Counted from the stretch's first letter, positions 18,767 to 28,359 are shown. The stretch is DNA of 64,000 nt from an uncultured Alphaproteobacteria bacterium (GCA_902586695.1 CACIIL010000001.1:22196-86195), one strand, 5' to 3'. Notes: generated from the letters alone by a model not told the origin. Made by a program: numbers and translations.

Positions 18767-19365
18767 AAAAATTATTTATTTGGCCAGGTTTTGTTAATGA
18801 TACAATTGTTAAAGATCTTTTAACAGATTTCGAAGTTGATATGATTTCAAAATCTGACATCAACAATGTGTATTTGAAAAATAAAAATATACTTGTTTTT
18901 ATCGAAGAATATTTTCAAGAGGAAATAAAAAGTTATTTAAAACAAAATAGCTTTTTAGTTTTTTATTTAAAAAAAAATAATCAATTTGAAAAATATCAAA
19001 ATCATAACATTCATTTTGTTGGCGCACCTATTCACGCAAACAAATTATTGTATTTAGTAAAAAATTATTTCGAAAACAATACTGATAATTTTAATGATAT
19101 AAAAATTTTTGGAGAAACAATTACCAATATAAATAATGAAAAATTTTGCTTTCTTACTAATTTAGAAAGACTCATTATTTTAGAATTAATAAAAAACAAA
19201 TCAATATCAAGAGTATATTTTTTAGAAAACATATTGGGTTTAAAAAAAAATATAGAAACCAAAACCATCGAAAGCCACTTAACCAGAATTAGAAAAAAAC
19301 TTTTACAAATTGAAAGCCGAACACAAATCTTTTCTAAAGGTGACAATTTTTTTCTTTCAAGCTAG
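18763..19365 (+). CDS. OmpR-type winged-helix protein with a degenerate receiver-like N-terminus
   Basis: The C-terminal TNLERLIILELIKNK...TIESHLTRIRKKL resembles the Trans_reg_C recognition region. The N-terminal half lacks an obvious DD...D...K phospho-acceptor set. TTG start overlaps the yggS stop. Confidence 0.45.
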   Translation: MKKLFIWPGFVNDTIVKDLLTDFEVDMISKSDINNVYLKNKNILVFIEEYFQEEIKSYLKQNSFLVFYLKKNNQFEKYQNHNIHFVGAPIHANKLLYLVKNYFENNTDNFNDIKIFGETITNINNEKFCFLTNLERLIILELIKNKSISRVYFLENILGLKKNIETKTIESHLTRIRKKLLQIESRTQIFSKGDNFFLSS

Positions 19366-19961
19366 TTTTTGAGATATGGGTTCACGAGTGAATAAAAGTC
19401 TTTATTATAAAATTCACCCTTACTAAACTCATAGAAACCTATTTCAAAATCAGCGCCATCACCATCTATATATATTTTTCTTATTTTTATTGGGTTATTT
19501 TCGTATATGATTTTTATGCTATAAGTTTTTTCATCTAAAATTACTTTTTTAAATACATTTATGGTATTTTGAATTTCCATAAATTCAACATTTTTAAAAA
19601 AAATTTCTTCAGAAAAAATTTCAAAAAAAAACTTAACAAAAGTTTTTCCGGTTTTAAAATATTGTGCCTCTTCTAGATCGTGGTTCAAATACATTCCTTT
19701 ATTTTTTGATAAAACAATTGTAATTTTATTGGGAATAAAATAATCCACCTTAATTCTTTCTTCTCCAATATAAATTTTACCTTCTTCTAGGGTTATTCCG
19801 TCTGATTGTATAAAAGACATTGATGAATTTTTTAGTTCATAATTATATCTATTCAATTCATTTGTAATATTTTGTGCATAAATATTTGTAACGAATAAAA
19901 TACAAACTAAAAAAATTATATAAGATTTAATTTTTTCTAAGCACTTGTCTTTTACCAGCAT
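19362..19961 (-). CDS. LolA-like outer-membrane lipoprotein carrier (probable)
   Basis: Signal peptide, about 200 aa, immediately downstream of ftsK (conserved ftsK-lolA pairing). Sequence is diverged. Confidence 0.5.
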   Translation of the reverse strand: MLVKDKCLEKIKSYIIFLVCILFVTNIYAQNITNELNRYNYELKNSSMSFIQSDGITLEEGKIYIGEERIKVDYFIPNKITIVLSKNKGMYLNHDLEEAQYFKTGKTFVKFFFEIFSEEIFFKNVEFMEIQNTINVFKKVILDEKTYSIKIIYENNPIKIRKIYIDGDGADFEIGFYEFSKGEFYNKDFYSLVNPYLKN

Positions 19962-22161
19962 TATTTGCCTCCGATATTATCCCATCCTCCTGCATTTTCT
20001 CAACAATTCTGGCCGCTCTGTTATATCCAATTTGAAGGTATCTTTGAATATAGCTTGTTGAAACTCTTTGTTGATCCACCACTAAGTCAACAGCCTTTGA
20101 ATACAATGAGTCAACCTCTCCATCATCGAACTTAAAAGCCATTGAGCTTTCAGTTGAGTTTTCATCTATTTTAATTTCATTATTTTGATCAAATGTTGCT
20201 TGATCTTTTATAAAATTAACAACTCTCTCTATTTCATTTTCAGAAATAAAACCGCCATGTAATCTTTTTAAGTTAGCACCATTATCAAGGTACAACATAT
20301 CCCCACTTCCAAGGAGTTGTTCTGCCCCCATCTCGTTTAATATTGTTCTGCTATCAAATTTACTTGCCACTTTATAACTTATACGACTAGGAAAGTTTGC
20401 CTTAATAGTTCCTGTTATTACATCAACACTTGGTCTTTGTGTGGCGGTCACAAGATGTATTCCTGAGGCTCTAGCCATTTGTGCTAATCTCTGAACTAAA
20501 TTTTCTACTTCTTTTCCAGCAACCATCATTAGATCAGCCATTTCATCAATGACAACGACTATGAAAGGCATCTTTTCAAGAGGTATTTCTCTTTTTTCCA
20601 ATATTGGTTGTCTTGTTTCACTATCAATACCAGTTTGAACTTTTCTAAAAAGTTTTTTACCACTAGATAAAACCTTTCTAGATTTTTCATTATATGAGTT
20701 GATGTTTTTTACATTAAGAGAGCTCATTAACTTATATCTGTTTTCCATTTCTCTTACGACCCACTTAAGTGCAAAAACAGCTTTATTGGGGTTTGTTACA
20801 ACTGGTGTTAAAAGGTGGGGTATATCTTCATAAATACTTAATTCTAACATTTTTGGGTCAATCAAAATTAATTTACACTCGTCTGGTTTAAATCTATAAA
20901 GCAGGCTCATAATTATAGTATTTATTCCAACAGATTTTCCTGAACCAGTCGTCCCAGCAATTAGAAGATGTGGCATTTTTTCTAAATCAGCGTAGACTTC
21001 TTGCCCTGAGATATTTTTTCCAAGCGCTAATGTTAAGGATTTTTCACTTTCTTCAAACCTTGGGTTTTCAACCAAATCTCCAAACATAACATTTTCTCTT
21101 TTGTTATTAGGTATCTCAATGCCAAGACTAGTTTTACCAGGCTGAGAAGAAATTCTTGCAGAAACAGATGACATTGCTCTAGCAATATCATCTGACAAAC
21201 CTATTACCTTACTTGCCTTTATGCCAGCATTAGGAATAAATTCATATAAAGTAACTATTGGACCGGTTTTAAAACCTGTGATTTTTCCATCAACTCCATA
21301 CTCACTTAAAACCTTTTCTAGCTTTTCAGAATTAACTTTATTTAAATTTTCAACCTCTTTTTTATAAGAGTGTTTTGTTTTTGATTTAATCAAGTAATTG
21401 GGATTTGGAAGATTAAAAATAAATTCATTTTCATGTTTTTTTATTTGATCATTTTTTATATTTTCATTACCCGAACTATAAAAAGTTTTTTGGTTTTTAC
21501 TTAAGGTTGGCTCATTCTTAATTTTTATTTTTTTTAACTTAGATTTTGTTTTTTGTCCTACAAAATAATAAACAAACTGAATTGGCTTAAAGAGAAAAAT
21601 AAAAAAAACTTTGAAAAATTTAATGTAAATATTTTTTAAAAAATTAATTTTTAGTGAAAAGCCATTTATCAAAAAGTAAACAGAAATAATAATAAAAAAT
21701 AAACTAAGAGCTATTCTGTAAAAGGGCGTAGCCAAAACTGATGGAAAATAATAAATTAAAAGATCTAAAATTACGTCAGAAAGCAAACCTGTTTGAAATA
21801 TTTTTATGTTCAAAAGCAATATTGAAATATTGATAGAGGGCACAGAAAGGAGAATAAGCAAAAATTTAATTAAAAGAAATTTAATATTAAATCCTAAGAC
21901 CAGCACAAAACCTAAATAAAATAAAAAAAACGAAATAATAAATGACGACACGCCCAATATAAGCAAAAAGAAACTGGAGACCATGGCCCCAGGAAAACCA
22001 AAAAAATTTATTATATCAGCCTGACTATTAAACTTACCAATGCCAGGATCGACATCATTGTAACTTATTAAGCTTAATATAAGAAAAACAGAAAACAAAA
22101 TAAGGATAATTCCAAAGAATAACTTAATTAAAAATAATTTGAAACCACCATAGTTAAACAT
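19927..22161 (-). CDS. ftsK: DNA translocase FtsK
   Basis: N-terminal multi-TM region, motor domain with PHLLIAGTTGSGKS, and C-terminal gamma winged-helix (YIQRYLQIGYNRAARIVE). Confidence 0.95.
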   Translation of the reverse strand: MFNYGGFKLFLIKLFFGIILILFSVFLILSLISYNDVDPGIGKFNSQADIINFFGFPGAMVSSFFLLILGVSSFIISFFLFYLGFVLVLGFNIKFLLIKFLLILLSVPSINISILLLNIKIFQTGLLSDVILDLLIYYFPSVLATPFYRIALSLFFIIISVYFLINGFSLKINFLKNIYIKFFKVFFIFLFKPIQFVYYFVGQKTKSKLKKIKIKNEPTLSKNQKTFYSSGNENIKNDQIKKHENEFIFNLPNPNYLIKSKTKHSYKKEVENLNKVNSEKLEKVLSEYGVDGKITGFKTGPIVTLYEFIPNAGIKASKVIGLSDDIARAMSSVSARISSQPGKTSLGIEIPNNKRENVMFGDLVENPRFEESEKSLTLALGKNISGQEVYADLEKMPHLLIAGTTGSGKSVGINTIIMSLLYRFKPDECKLILIDPKMLELSIYEDIPHLLTPVVTNPNKAVFALKWVVREMENRYKLMSSLNVKNINSYNEKSRKVLSSGKKLFRKVQTGIDSETRQPILEKREIPLEKMPFIVVVIDEMADLMMVAGKEVENLVQRLAQMARASGIHLVTATQRPSVDVITGTIKANFPSRISYKVASKFDSRTILNEMGAEQLLGSGDMLYLDNGANLKRLHGGFISENEIERVVNFIKDQATFDQNNEIKIDENSTESSMAFKFDDGEVDSLYSKAVDLVVDQQRVSTSYIQRYLQIGYNRAARIVEKMQEDGIISEANNAGKRQVLRKN

Positions 22162-22214
22162 AAATAATAATATAATTTGTAATACATATAGAATAAGGTA
22201 ATTCGAAGGAAATT

Positions 22215-23387
22215 ATGAAACAAATACACACTGATGTGGTTATTATCGGATCTGGCCTTGTTGGCCTTGTTGCTGCACATGGTTTAGCATCTCTAGGTTT
22301 TGAAGTTGTAGTTGTGGACAAGAAAAATTTTAATAATTCTAAAAATCAGACCAAAGACATAAGAACAGTAGCTGTTTCTGAAGGATCGAAACAATTTTTA
22401 GAAAGTTTATCATTGTGGAAAAATCTATATAAATATTCTCAACCGATTAAAAATATAAAAGTTTTTAATAGAAACCCTTATAATAAAATTTTTTTTGAAA
22501 ATTCTAAACAAAATGCATTACTAGGATATGTAATTAAAAATTCAATATTTAGCAAAATTCTAAGGAGCAAATTAAGCAAAAATAAAAAAATTAAAACTCA
22601 TTATGGTTCAGAGGTAAAGCATATAGTTTCCTCGCATGATTTTTCACAGATTAGTTTGAAAGATAAAATAATTAAAGCAAAATTAATTATTGCTGCAGAT
22701 GGCAAGAATAGCACAGTTAGAAATATTGTTGGTACTAAAATCTATAAAAAAAATTACTCTGAGATGGCATTAGTTGTAAATTTATTTCATGAAAAATCTT
22801 TAAACGAAACTGCATATGAAATATTTTATAAAACAGGTCCATTTGCATTATTACCAATGCTATCTGATAATAATTTTTATCAAAGCTCAATAATTTGGTC
22901 TAACAAAGAAAGCTTTGTTAAGCATTTATTATCCAGTGATAAAAAATTTATTGCAAACATAATTGAGGAAAGGGTTGGGCGTCTTATTGGCAGTGTAAAA
23001 AGAATTAATTCTAGACAATCTTTTCCTTTATCAGCTCATATAAATGAAAAATTTTTTAATAAACGATTAATTTATATTGGAGATTCAGCACATTCAATCC
23101 ATCCTATTGCTGGTCAGGGTTGGAATTTAGGCATTAAGGATGTTAAAAATGTTATGAGTTTATGTGAAAGCAATAAGTTTGAACTTGGCGACGAAAATTT
23201 TTGCAAACATTATAATAATTTAAGTTATAAAAATTCATTCCAGCTCTTTCAAATTACAGATAAGCTTAATTCTCATTTTTTAAAAAGTAATTTTTCTAAC
23301 AGACTTTTAAGCAATATTGGTTTTAAAATTATTGAAAATAATATTTCCATGAAAGACAAAATAACAAAATTTGCTATGGGGATTTAA
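22215..23387 (+). CDS. UbiH/UbiF/VisC/COQ6-family FAD-dependent ubiquinone hydroxylase
   Basis: VVIIGSGLVG FAD fingerprint and GDSAHSIHPIAGQGWNLGIKD. Confidence 0.88.
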   Translation: MKQIHTDVVIIGSGLVGLVAAHGLASLGFEVVVVDKKNFNNSKNQTKDIRTVAVSEGSKQFLESLSLWKNLYKYSQPIKNIKVFNRNPYNKIFFENSKQNALLGYVIKNSIFSKILRSKLSKNKKIKTHYGSEVKHIVSSHDFSQISLKDKIIKAKLIIAADGKNSTVRNIVGTKIYKKNYSEMALVVNLFHEKSLNETAYEIFYKTGPFALLPMLSDNNFYQSSIIWSNKESFVKHLLSSDKKFIANIIEERVGRLIGSVKRINSRQSFPLSAHINEKFFNKRLIYIGDSAHSIHPIAGQGWNLGIKDVKNVMSLCESNKFELGDENFCKHYNNLSYKNSFQLFQITDKLNSHFLKSNFSNRLLSNIGFKIIENNISMKDKITKFAMGI

Positions 23388-23974
23388 TTTATTTTTAGAT
23401 TATCTTCATTATTTTTCATTTCAATTTCTAAAACTGAAAGAAGATTTTTGCAAAGATCATAATCACTGTCAAACTCTAAAAGCATTTGTTTTATGAGATG
23501 GTCTAGAGGCGCAATTATACAAATAATTTTTGCAAGACTTGAAGCATCTAAATTTTCAAATTCAGAAGAATTAAAATTAATATTTTTTATTTTAAGAAAT
23601 TTTTTGAAACTAAATAACAGTTTTTCATTTAAACTATTTTTTTCTTTAATGCTTTCATTTGATTTAAGAATTTCACCATCAATAATAATAAAATTATTTT
23701 CAGACTTAACTATTTTTTTTAACAAAAATCGATTTAGCCCTTCTAAATTAATTTGATACCTACCATCACCTGTTTCTGAAAAACTTGTAATTTTTCCAAG
23801 ACAGCCAATTTTAAAAAAATCATCATTTTCTTTTTTTTGTATCATTCCAATTAGGCGATTGTTCGAAAGAGCATAGTCAACCATTTCAATGTATCTTTTC
23901 TCAAAAATATTTAAAGGTAGGTTTGTGCCGGGAAATAATATAGCTCCATTTAAGGGGAAAATAGGAAACCTCAT
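23384..23974 (-). CDS. LON substrate-binding (Lon N-terminal) domain protein
   Basis: FPIFPLNGAILFPGTNLPLNIFEKRYIEM is the typical LON N-domain start. Confidence 0.8.
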   Translation of the reverse strand: MRFPIFPLNGAILFPGTNLPLNIFEKRYIEMVDYALSNNRLIGMIQKKENDDFFKIGCLGKITSFSETGDGRYQINLEGLNRFLLKKIVKSENNFIIIDGEILKSNESIKEKNSLNEKLLFSFKKFLKIKNINFNSSEFENLDASSLAKIICIIAPLDHLIKQMLLEFDSDYDLCKNLLSVLEIEMKNNEDNLKIN

Positions 23975-23976
23975 AT

Positions 23977-24840
23977 CTAAGAAAACATCATGCTAGAAAG
24001 TTTTTTTCTATATAAAACAACAGACTCATGTTTCATGCCCAAAACATCAAAAAAACTCAGGATTTTTGATTTAACTTTTTCTCTATTTTTTGGGAAATAT
24101 TTTAATAAAATTTCAAAAGCACTACCATGATTATTATTAGCAAAATGTGTATCAGCAATTTTAAAAACTATTTCTATATCATTTGGTGATTTAGAAAGCT
24201 GTTTTTCAAGCTCGTGTATTGAAGGTCCTTTATTTTTATTTTCTATTAGCTTTAATCGTTTATGAATGTTTTTAATAGTTTCATTTTTAGTTATTTCATC
24301 ATCTAATGAGTCCAATAATTCTTTTACTTTATTAATTTCACCTGCACCAATTAATGACTCAGCATAAAAACATATTGCCTTAACTTCATTTGAATTATTG
24401 GAAATAAATTCTTCTAGCTTGCTTATTGCTAAAGTATAATTTTTATTTGATAAAAGCAGCTCTATTTCTTCATAAAAATCATTAAAATTATTACCTAATT
24501 TTTCTCCAAGCGCTTTTTCTAAAAATTTAATTATATCAGTTTCAGGGATTACACCCTGAAAGGCATCAACTAATTGTTTATCTTTAAAAGCAAATACCGC
24601 AGGTATTGATTGAATTCTAAGCTGAGCAGCTATTTGTTGATTTTCATCAATGTTAATTTTTGCTAGTGTAATTTTGTCTGGTGTTCCAGAAATGATCTTT
24701 TCTAATATTGGGGTTAGCTGTTTACAAGGACCACACCAAGGTGCCCAAAAGTCTACAATTACAAGCTTATTGGCACTTTCTTCTAAAACTGAGTTTTCAA
24801 ATTCATTTTCACCAACATCAATTATATTACTATTATTCAT
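23977..24840 (-). CDS. Thioredoxin-domain co-chaperone (YbbN/CnoX-like)
   Basis: WAPWCGPCK thioredoxin motif followed by a helical TPR-like C-terminal half. Confidence 0.85.
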   Translation of the reverse strand: MNNSNIIDVGENEFENSVLEESANKLVIVDFWAPWCGPCKQLTPILEKIISGTPDKITLAKINIDENQQIAAQLRIQSIPAVFAFKDKQLVDAFQGVIPETDIIKFLEKALGEKLGNNFNDFYEEIELLLSNKNYTLAISKLEEFISNNSNEVKAICFYAESLIGAGEINKVKELLDSLDDEITKNETIKNIHKRLKLIENKNKGPSIHELEKQLSKSPNDIEIVFKIADTHFANNNHGSAFEILLKYFPKNREKVKSKILSFFDVLGMKHESVVLYRKKLSSMMFS

Positions 24841-25387
24841 ATGTTTTTAAAACTATACCCTCTGTAGAAGAAAAAATATGTATTTTTTTTTTATTTTCAA
24901 TCATAAATTTAATGAAATTATCAGTAGCAATAGTTATTGTTACAGTATTAATAAGCGGATGAAAGTTTAAGAATTCACTATCATGAAGTTTTTTTTCTAA
25001 ATAAAAACTAACCACATTATTTGTATCATTTAAAAGAGCAAAAGGTGATACAGATCCGGGCTTGATTCCTAAAATATTAAAAAGATATTGTTCTTTTGCA
25101 AATGAAATATTACCAAAGTTTAATGACTTAGAAATATTTTTTAAGTTAATTTCTTCGAACTCTTCACATGACAATAAAAAAAAATTATTTTTTTTATTTT
25201 TTAAGAATAAATTTTTACTATGAGAGCCTTTGATTTTTCCTCTTAATTTATTAGACTCTTCAACTGTGAAAAGTGGCTCATGTTCATGTATTTCAAATTC
25301 ATATTTTTTCTCCTTTAAAATATCAATAAACTTTTTTAAACTTAACATTGTTTGAATATTTTTTATTATACTTTCACAATATATCAT
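24833..25387 (-). CDS. YbaK/ProX-type aminoacyl-tRNA editing domain protein
   Basis: KNLFLKNKK...FLL, GSVSPF and FHPL patterns typical of prolyl-tRNA editing (ProX-like) proteins. Confidence 0.65.
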   Translation of the reverse strand: MIYCESIIKNIQTMLSLKKFIDILKEKKYEFEIHEHEPLFTVEESNKLRGKIKGSHSKNLFLKNKKNNFFLLSCEEFEEINLKNISKSLNFGNISFAKEQYLFNILGIKPGSVSPFALLNDTNNVVSFYLEKKLHDSEFLNFHPLINTVTITIATDNFIKFMIENKKKIHIFSSTEGIVLKTYE

Positions 25388-25406
25388 GGTACTACAAAAA
25401 TCTATT

Positions 25407-25481
25407 GCGGGCGTAGCTCAGGGGTAGAGCGCAACCTTGCCAAGGTTGAAGTCGAGGGTTCGAATCCCTTCGCCCGCTCCA
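25407..25481 (+). tRNA. tRNA-Gly (anticodon GCC), CCA encoded
   Basis: Cloverleaf read by eye: acceptor GCGGGCG/CGCCCGC, D arm GCTC/GAGC, anticodon arm CAACC-TTGCCAA-GGTTG, T arm GAGGG-TTCGAAT-CCCTT, then TCCA. Confidence 0.95.
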
Positions 25482-25554
25482 AATTCTAACTCCACCTTTA
25501 TTTTATAAAAAGTTCTTCAATATACCCTCAATATAGTCTTAAATATTTTTTATT

Positions 25555-26301
25555 ATGAAAAATTTAATTGCATTTTTTATTCTGTTATCAGCAATAAATG
25601 TAAATGCTAATGATCTTTCATCTATACAAGAAGATTTAGTTTTAGAAAAAAATTTAGTAGTAATTATTTGGAGTCATGGACAAACAAGACCACAAAAATC
25701 AGAAAAATGTTCTAGTCGATTTAACAAAATACCAAAAACTCTAAAATATTTAGAAAAAGAAATTAATGCACATTTTGTTTTTATGTGCTCTAAATCTACA
25801 GACAATAATAACTCTCCAGGATCATACATATACAAAAGAGTGAAACAATTGAAAAAACTCCTTACTGAAATAAATGAAATAGGCGTTAATCCTAATAATA
25901 TTTTTATCAGTGGGTGGTCTGCCGGAGGATGGACTGCATTACATATGTTTAAAGAAAATGAAAAATTATTTAACAGTGCAATTGTTTTCGCCCCTGCATT
26001 TGCTGGACCAAGACATGAAACAAAAAAATATCCGTGGTGGAGAGAGGAGGCAAGACCTGCGCATATAAAGGAAATTACAAAAGCAAAGCTTATAGATGCT
26101 TTAGTTTTTGCTTACGAGGATGATGATTTTAATCGCCCTGAGGAATTAAAATTTTTAACAGAACGTTATCCAAATAATGTAAATTTAATCGGATATAATT
26201 GTAAAAAAGGTCATGTAACACATGCTAAAGATTGTAAATCTAGAGAAACAGAAATTCTGATTTTAAATTATATTACTAATCAGATAAATTCCAAAAATTA
26301 G
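25555..26301 (+). CDS. Secreted alpha/beta-hydrolase (esterase-like)
   Basis: Signal peptide. Nucleophile elbow GWSAG (G-x-S-x-G) with later acidic and His candidates. Substrate unknown. Confidence 0.55.
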   Translation: MKNLIAFFILLSAINVNANDLSSIQEDLVLEKNLVVIIWSHGQTRPQKSEKCSSRFNKIPKTLKYLEKEINAHFVFMCSKSTDNNNSPGSYIYKRVKQLKKLLTEINEIGVNPNNIFISGWSAGGWTALHMFKENEKLFNSAIVFAPAFAGPRHETKKYPWWREEARPAHIKEITKAKLIDALVFAYEDDDFNRPEELKFLTERYPNNVNLIGYNCKKGHVTHAKDCKSRETEILILNYITNQINSKN

Positions 26302-26381
26302 TATCTATAATTAACAAAATCATTGTTGAAGTCTGTTAAAAAATTACTATTTTATTAAAGGGAAAGTAGCAAAAGCTCAAA

Positions 26382-27359
26382 ATGGTTAAATCATTATCAA
26401 ACTTAAAAACAATTTATATAAAAGACTATAAAAAATTTGATAAAATAGATAATACTTCTTTAAGCAGAGAGCTAAAAATAGAACTATCAAAAGAAAATAA
26501 AAAAATTCCCTCTAAATTTAAATACGATTTAAATGGAAGTAAATATTTTGAAAAAATTACTAAACTAAAAGAATATTACGCTACAAGAACTGAAAAAAAA
26601 ATTTTAAAGCAAATATCAAAGGAAATGAAAAACATTTTTGAAAATAATTTAACATTTGTTGAGTTCGGAAGTGGGGCGACTGATAAAATTAGTATTTTAA
26701 TTAATGATCAAGTAAAATTTTGTATGCCCTTAGATATTTCATATGATTTTTTGCTAAAATCATCAATTAAGTTGGCAAAATCTTTCCCCAATTTAATTAT
26801 TATGCCCGCTTATGGTGATTATATAAATAAATTCAAAGTACCAAAACAAATTTCAAAAAAAAGAATTGGTTTTTTTTTAGGATCATCCATTGGTAATTTT
26901 TATGAGAAAAAAGAAAAAATTTTTCTCCAAAATGCAAGAGCAACCTTAGGTAAAAATGGTTGTTTGTTTGTGGGGGTAGACTTAATTAAAAATAAAAAAA
27001 TTATCGAGAAAGCTTATAATGACTCCAAAGGCACTACTGCAAAATTTAATTTTAACTTATTGAGCAGAATTAATAAAGTTTTTAAAACAAAATTAGAAAA
27101 AAAAGATTTTAAATATTTTTCTCATTTTAATAAAAAAAACAATTCTGTTGAAAGTTTTTTAATTAGTAAAAAAGATCAAAAATTCATTATTGATAATAAA
27201 AAATTTTTTATTAAAAAAAATGAGAAAATACAAACTGAAATATCAAAAAAATTTACAATAAATAGTTTTAAAATATTGGCAAACTCAGCTGGGTGGAAAG
27301 TAAAAAAATATTGGATAGATAAAAATAAATATTATTCAATTTTTTTACTAGAAAACTAG
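26382..27359 (+). CDS. EgtD-like SAM-dependent amino-acid N-methyltransferase (Methyltransf_33 family)
   Basis: PSKFKYD..GS.YFEKIT.L.EYYATRTE..IL, FVEFGSGATDK, GSSIGNF and TEISKKFT match the signature blocks of EgtD (KWFYD, EYYPTRTE, ELGSG, TIGN, E.S.KF). Confidence 0.8.
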   Translation: MVKSLSNLKTIYIKDYKKFDKIDNTSLSRELKIELSKENKKIPSKFKYDLNGSKYFEKITKLKEYYATRTEKKILKQISKEMKNIFENNLTFVEFGSGATDKISILINDQVKFCMPLDISYDFLLKSSIKLAKSFPNLIIMPAYGDYINKFKVPKQISKKRIGFFLGSSIGNFYEKKEKIFLQNARATLGKNGCLFVGVDLIKNKKIIEKAYNDSKGTTAKFNFNLLSRINKVFKTKLEKKDFKYFSHFNKKNNSVESFLISKKDQKFIIDNKKFFIKKNEKIQTEISKKFTINSFKILANSAGWKVKKYWIDKNKYYSIFLLEN

Positions 27360-27377
27360 CTCCATTATTACCTATTT

Positions 27378-27398
27378 ACATTTCCAAGGTTGAGGTCG
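27378..27398 (+). pseudogene. Decayed tRNA-Gly fragment (anticodon arm to T-stem), possible relic att-type repeat
   Basis: ACATTTCCAAGGTTGAGGTCG matches tRNA-Gly positions 25434-25454 (ACCTTGCCAAGGTTGAAGTCG) at 18/21, with a 10/10 run and a 15/16 core. The anticodon position reads TCC. Confidence 0.55.
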
Positions 27399-27429
27399 TA
27401 TTCAAAAAAACTATTAATTTAACTTTAAA

Positions 27430-28359
27430 TTAACAACAAAAATTATCTTCAAACACCTTCATTATTTCGAAAGTATAATCTTGTTTTAGGTGTCTATTAT
27501 CTTCTAAAAAAGGATCTACAAAATATTCTTTAGTAATTTCATAAGACGGAAAATAGTACAAATCTTCTTTATTATTATATTTTGAAATTACATTATCTAA
27601 AGCAACCCTTAAAATAGATTTAGATATTGAGTTTGCTGTTATGCAAGATTGAGGCCTAAAAGTTGCCATCAAAGGAATTGGGGAAAGAGTATATATAATT
27701 GATGCATTAGGTTTATATTTTTTTATTACAGAGTAAATACTATCTAAATTATTAGTATTTTCTTCAACTGTTGAGACTCTAAAACCATGTTTATTTTCAT
27801 CAAATTGACTGGCGGGAATTGCTTTCCAAAAAACCTGGTTATTTAATTTATTATACCATACTTCTGCAAGGCCAACAGTTATGATAAAAATATCAATTTT
27901 GTTTAATAAATTTAAAGTTTGCTCTCTTATTTCAAAGTCATTTCTTTCTTCTTTTTGAGATGTATAATACCATGTATTTTTTTCAATATCTTTATTTTCA
28001 AAAGCCCAAAGTAATTGTTCTAAAACAGTAAAGGTGTTTGCCATACCCTCTCCATAACGAATGATATGAGTATCGGTTGACATTTTTTTATTGAAAATAG
28101 AATAATTTTTATTTGCAAGATAAGAAGATACTTCTGCAGCAAAACAACTACCAAATGCAAGAATATTTTGTTTTTTTGTAATAAATGGTTTTTTTGGTTT
28201 AAATCCTTCTAATATATATTTATCAAAAAAATTCTTATCTTTAAAATGTTTTTTAGAAGGAATAAAATTACAATTTTTTCCTCTAAACCAATGCCCTCCA
28301 AATTTTTGAGAGTCACTTTTTGTTTTATATATTAATGGGTCTAACCTATACCTTTTCAT
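27430..28359 (-). CDS. GSCFA-domain protein
   Basis: Contains the eponymous motif (AFGSCFAAEV). Size is consistent with the GSCFA family. Function unknown. Confidence 0.75.
   Translation of the reverse strand: MKRYRLDPLIYKTKSDSQKFGGHWFRGKNCNFIPSKKHFKDKNFFDKYILEGFKPKKPFITKKQNILAFGSCFAAEVSSYLANKNYSIFNKKMSTDTHIIRYGEGMANTFTVLEQLLWAFENKDIEKNTWYYTSQKEERNDFEIREQTLNLLNKIDIFIITVGLAEVWYNKLNNQVFWKAIPASQFDENKHGFRVSTVEENTNNLDSIYSVIKKYKPNASIIYTLSPIPLMATFRPQSCITANSISKSILRVALDNVISKYNNKEDLYYFPSYEITKEYFVDPFLEDNRHLKQDYTFEIMKVFEDNFCC

Noticed and set aside
27357-27362. TAGCTC upstream of the tRNA-Gly fragment, at nearly the same distance as the D-arm TAGCTC in the intact tRNA. This hinted at a full-length tRNA pseudogene.
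   Set aside because: It is only a 6-mer, it overlaps the stop codon of the EgtD-like gene, and the 20 nt between it and the matching segment show no similarity to the tRNA. Only 27378-27398 is reported as a fragment.
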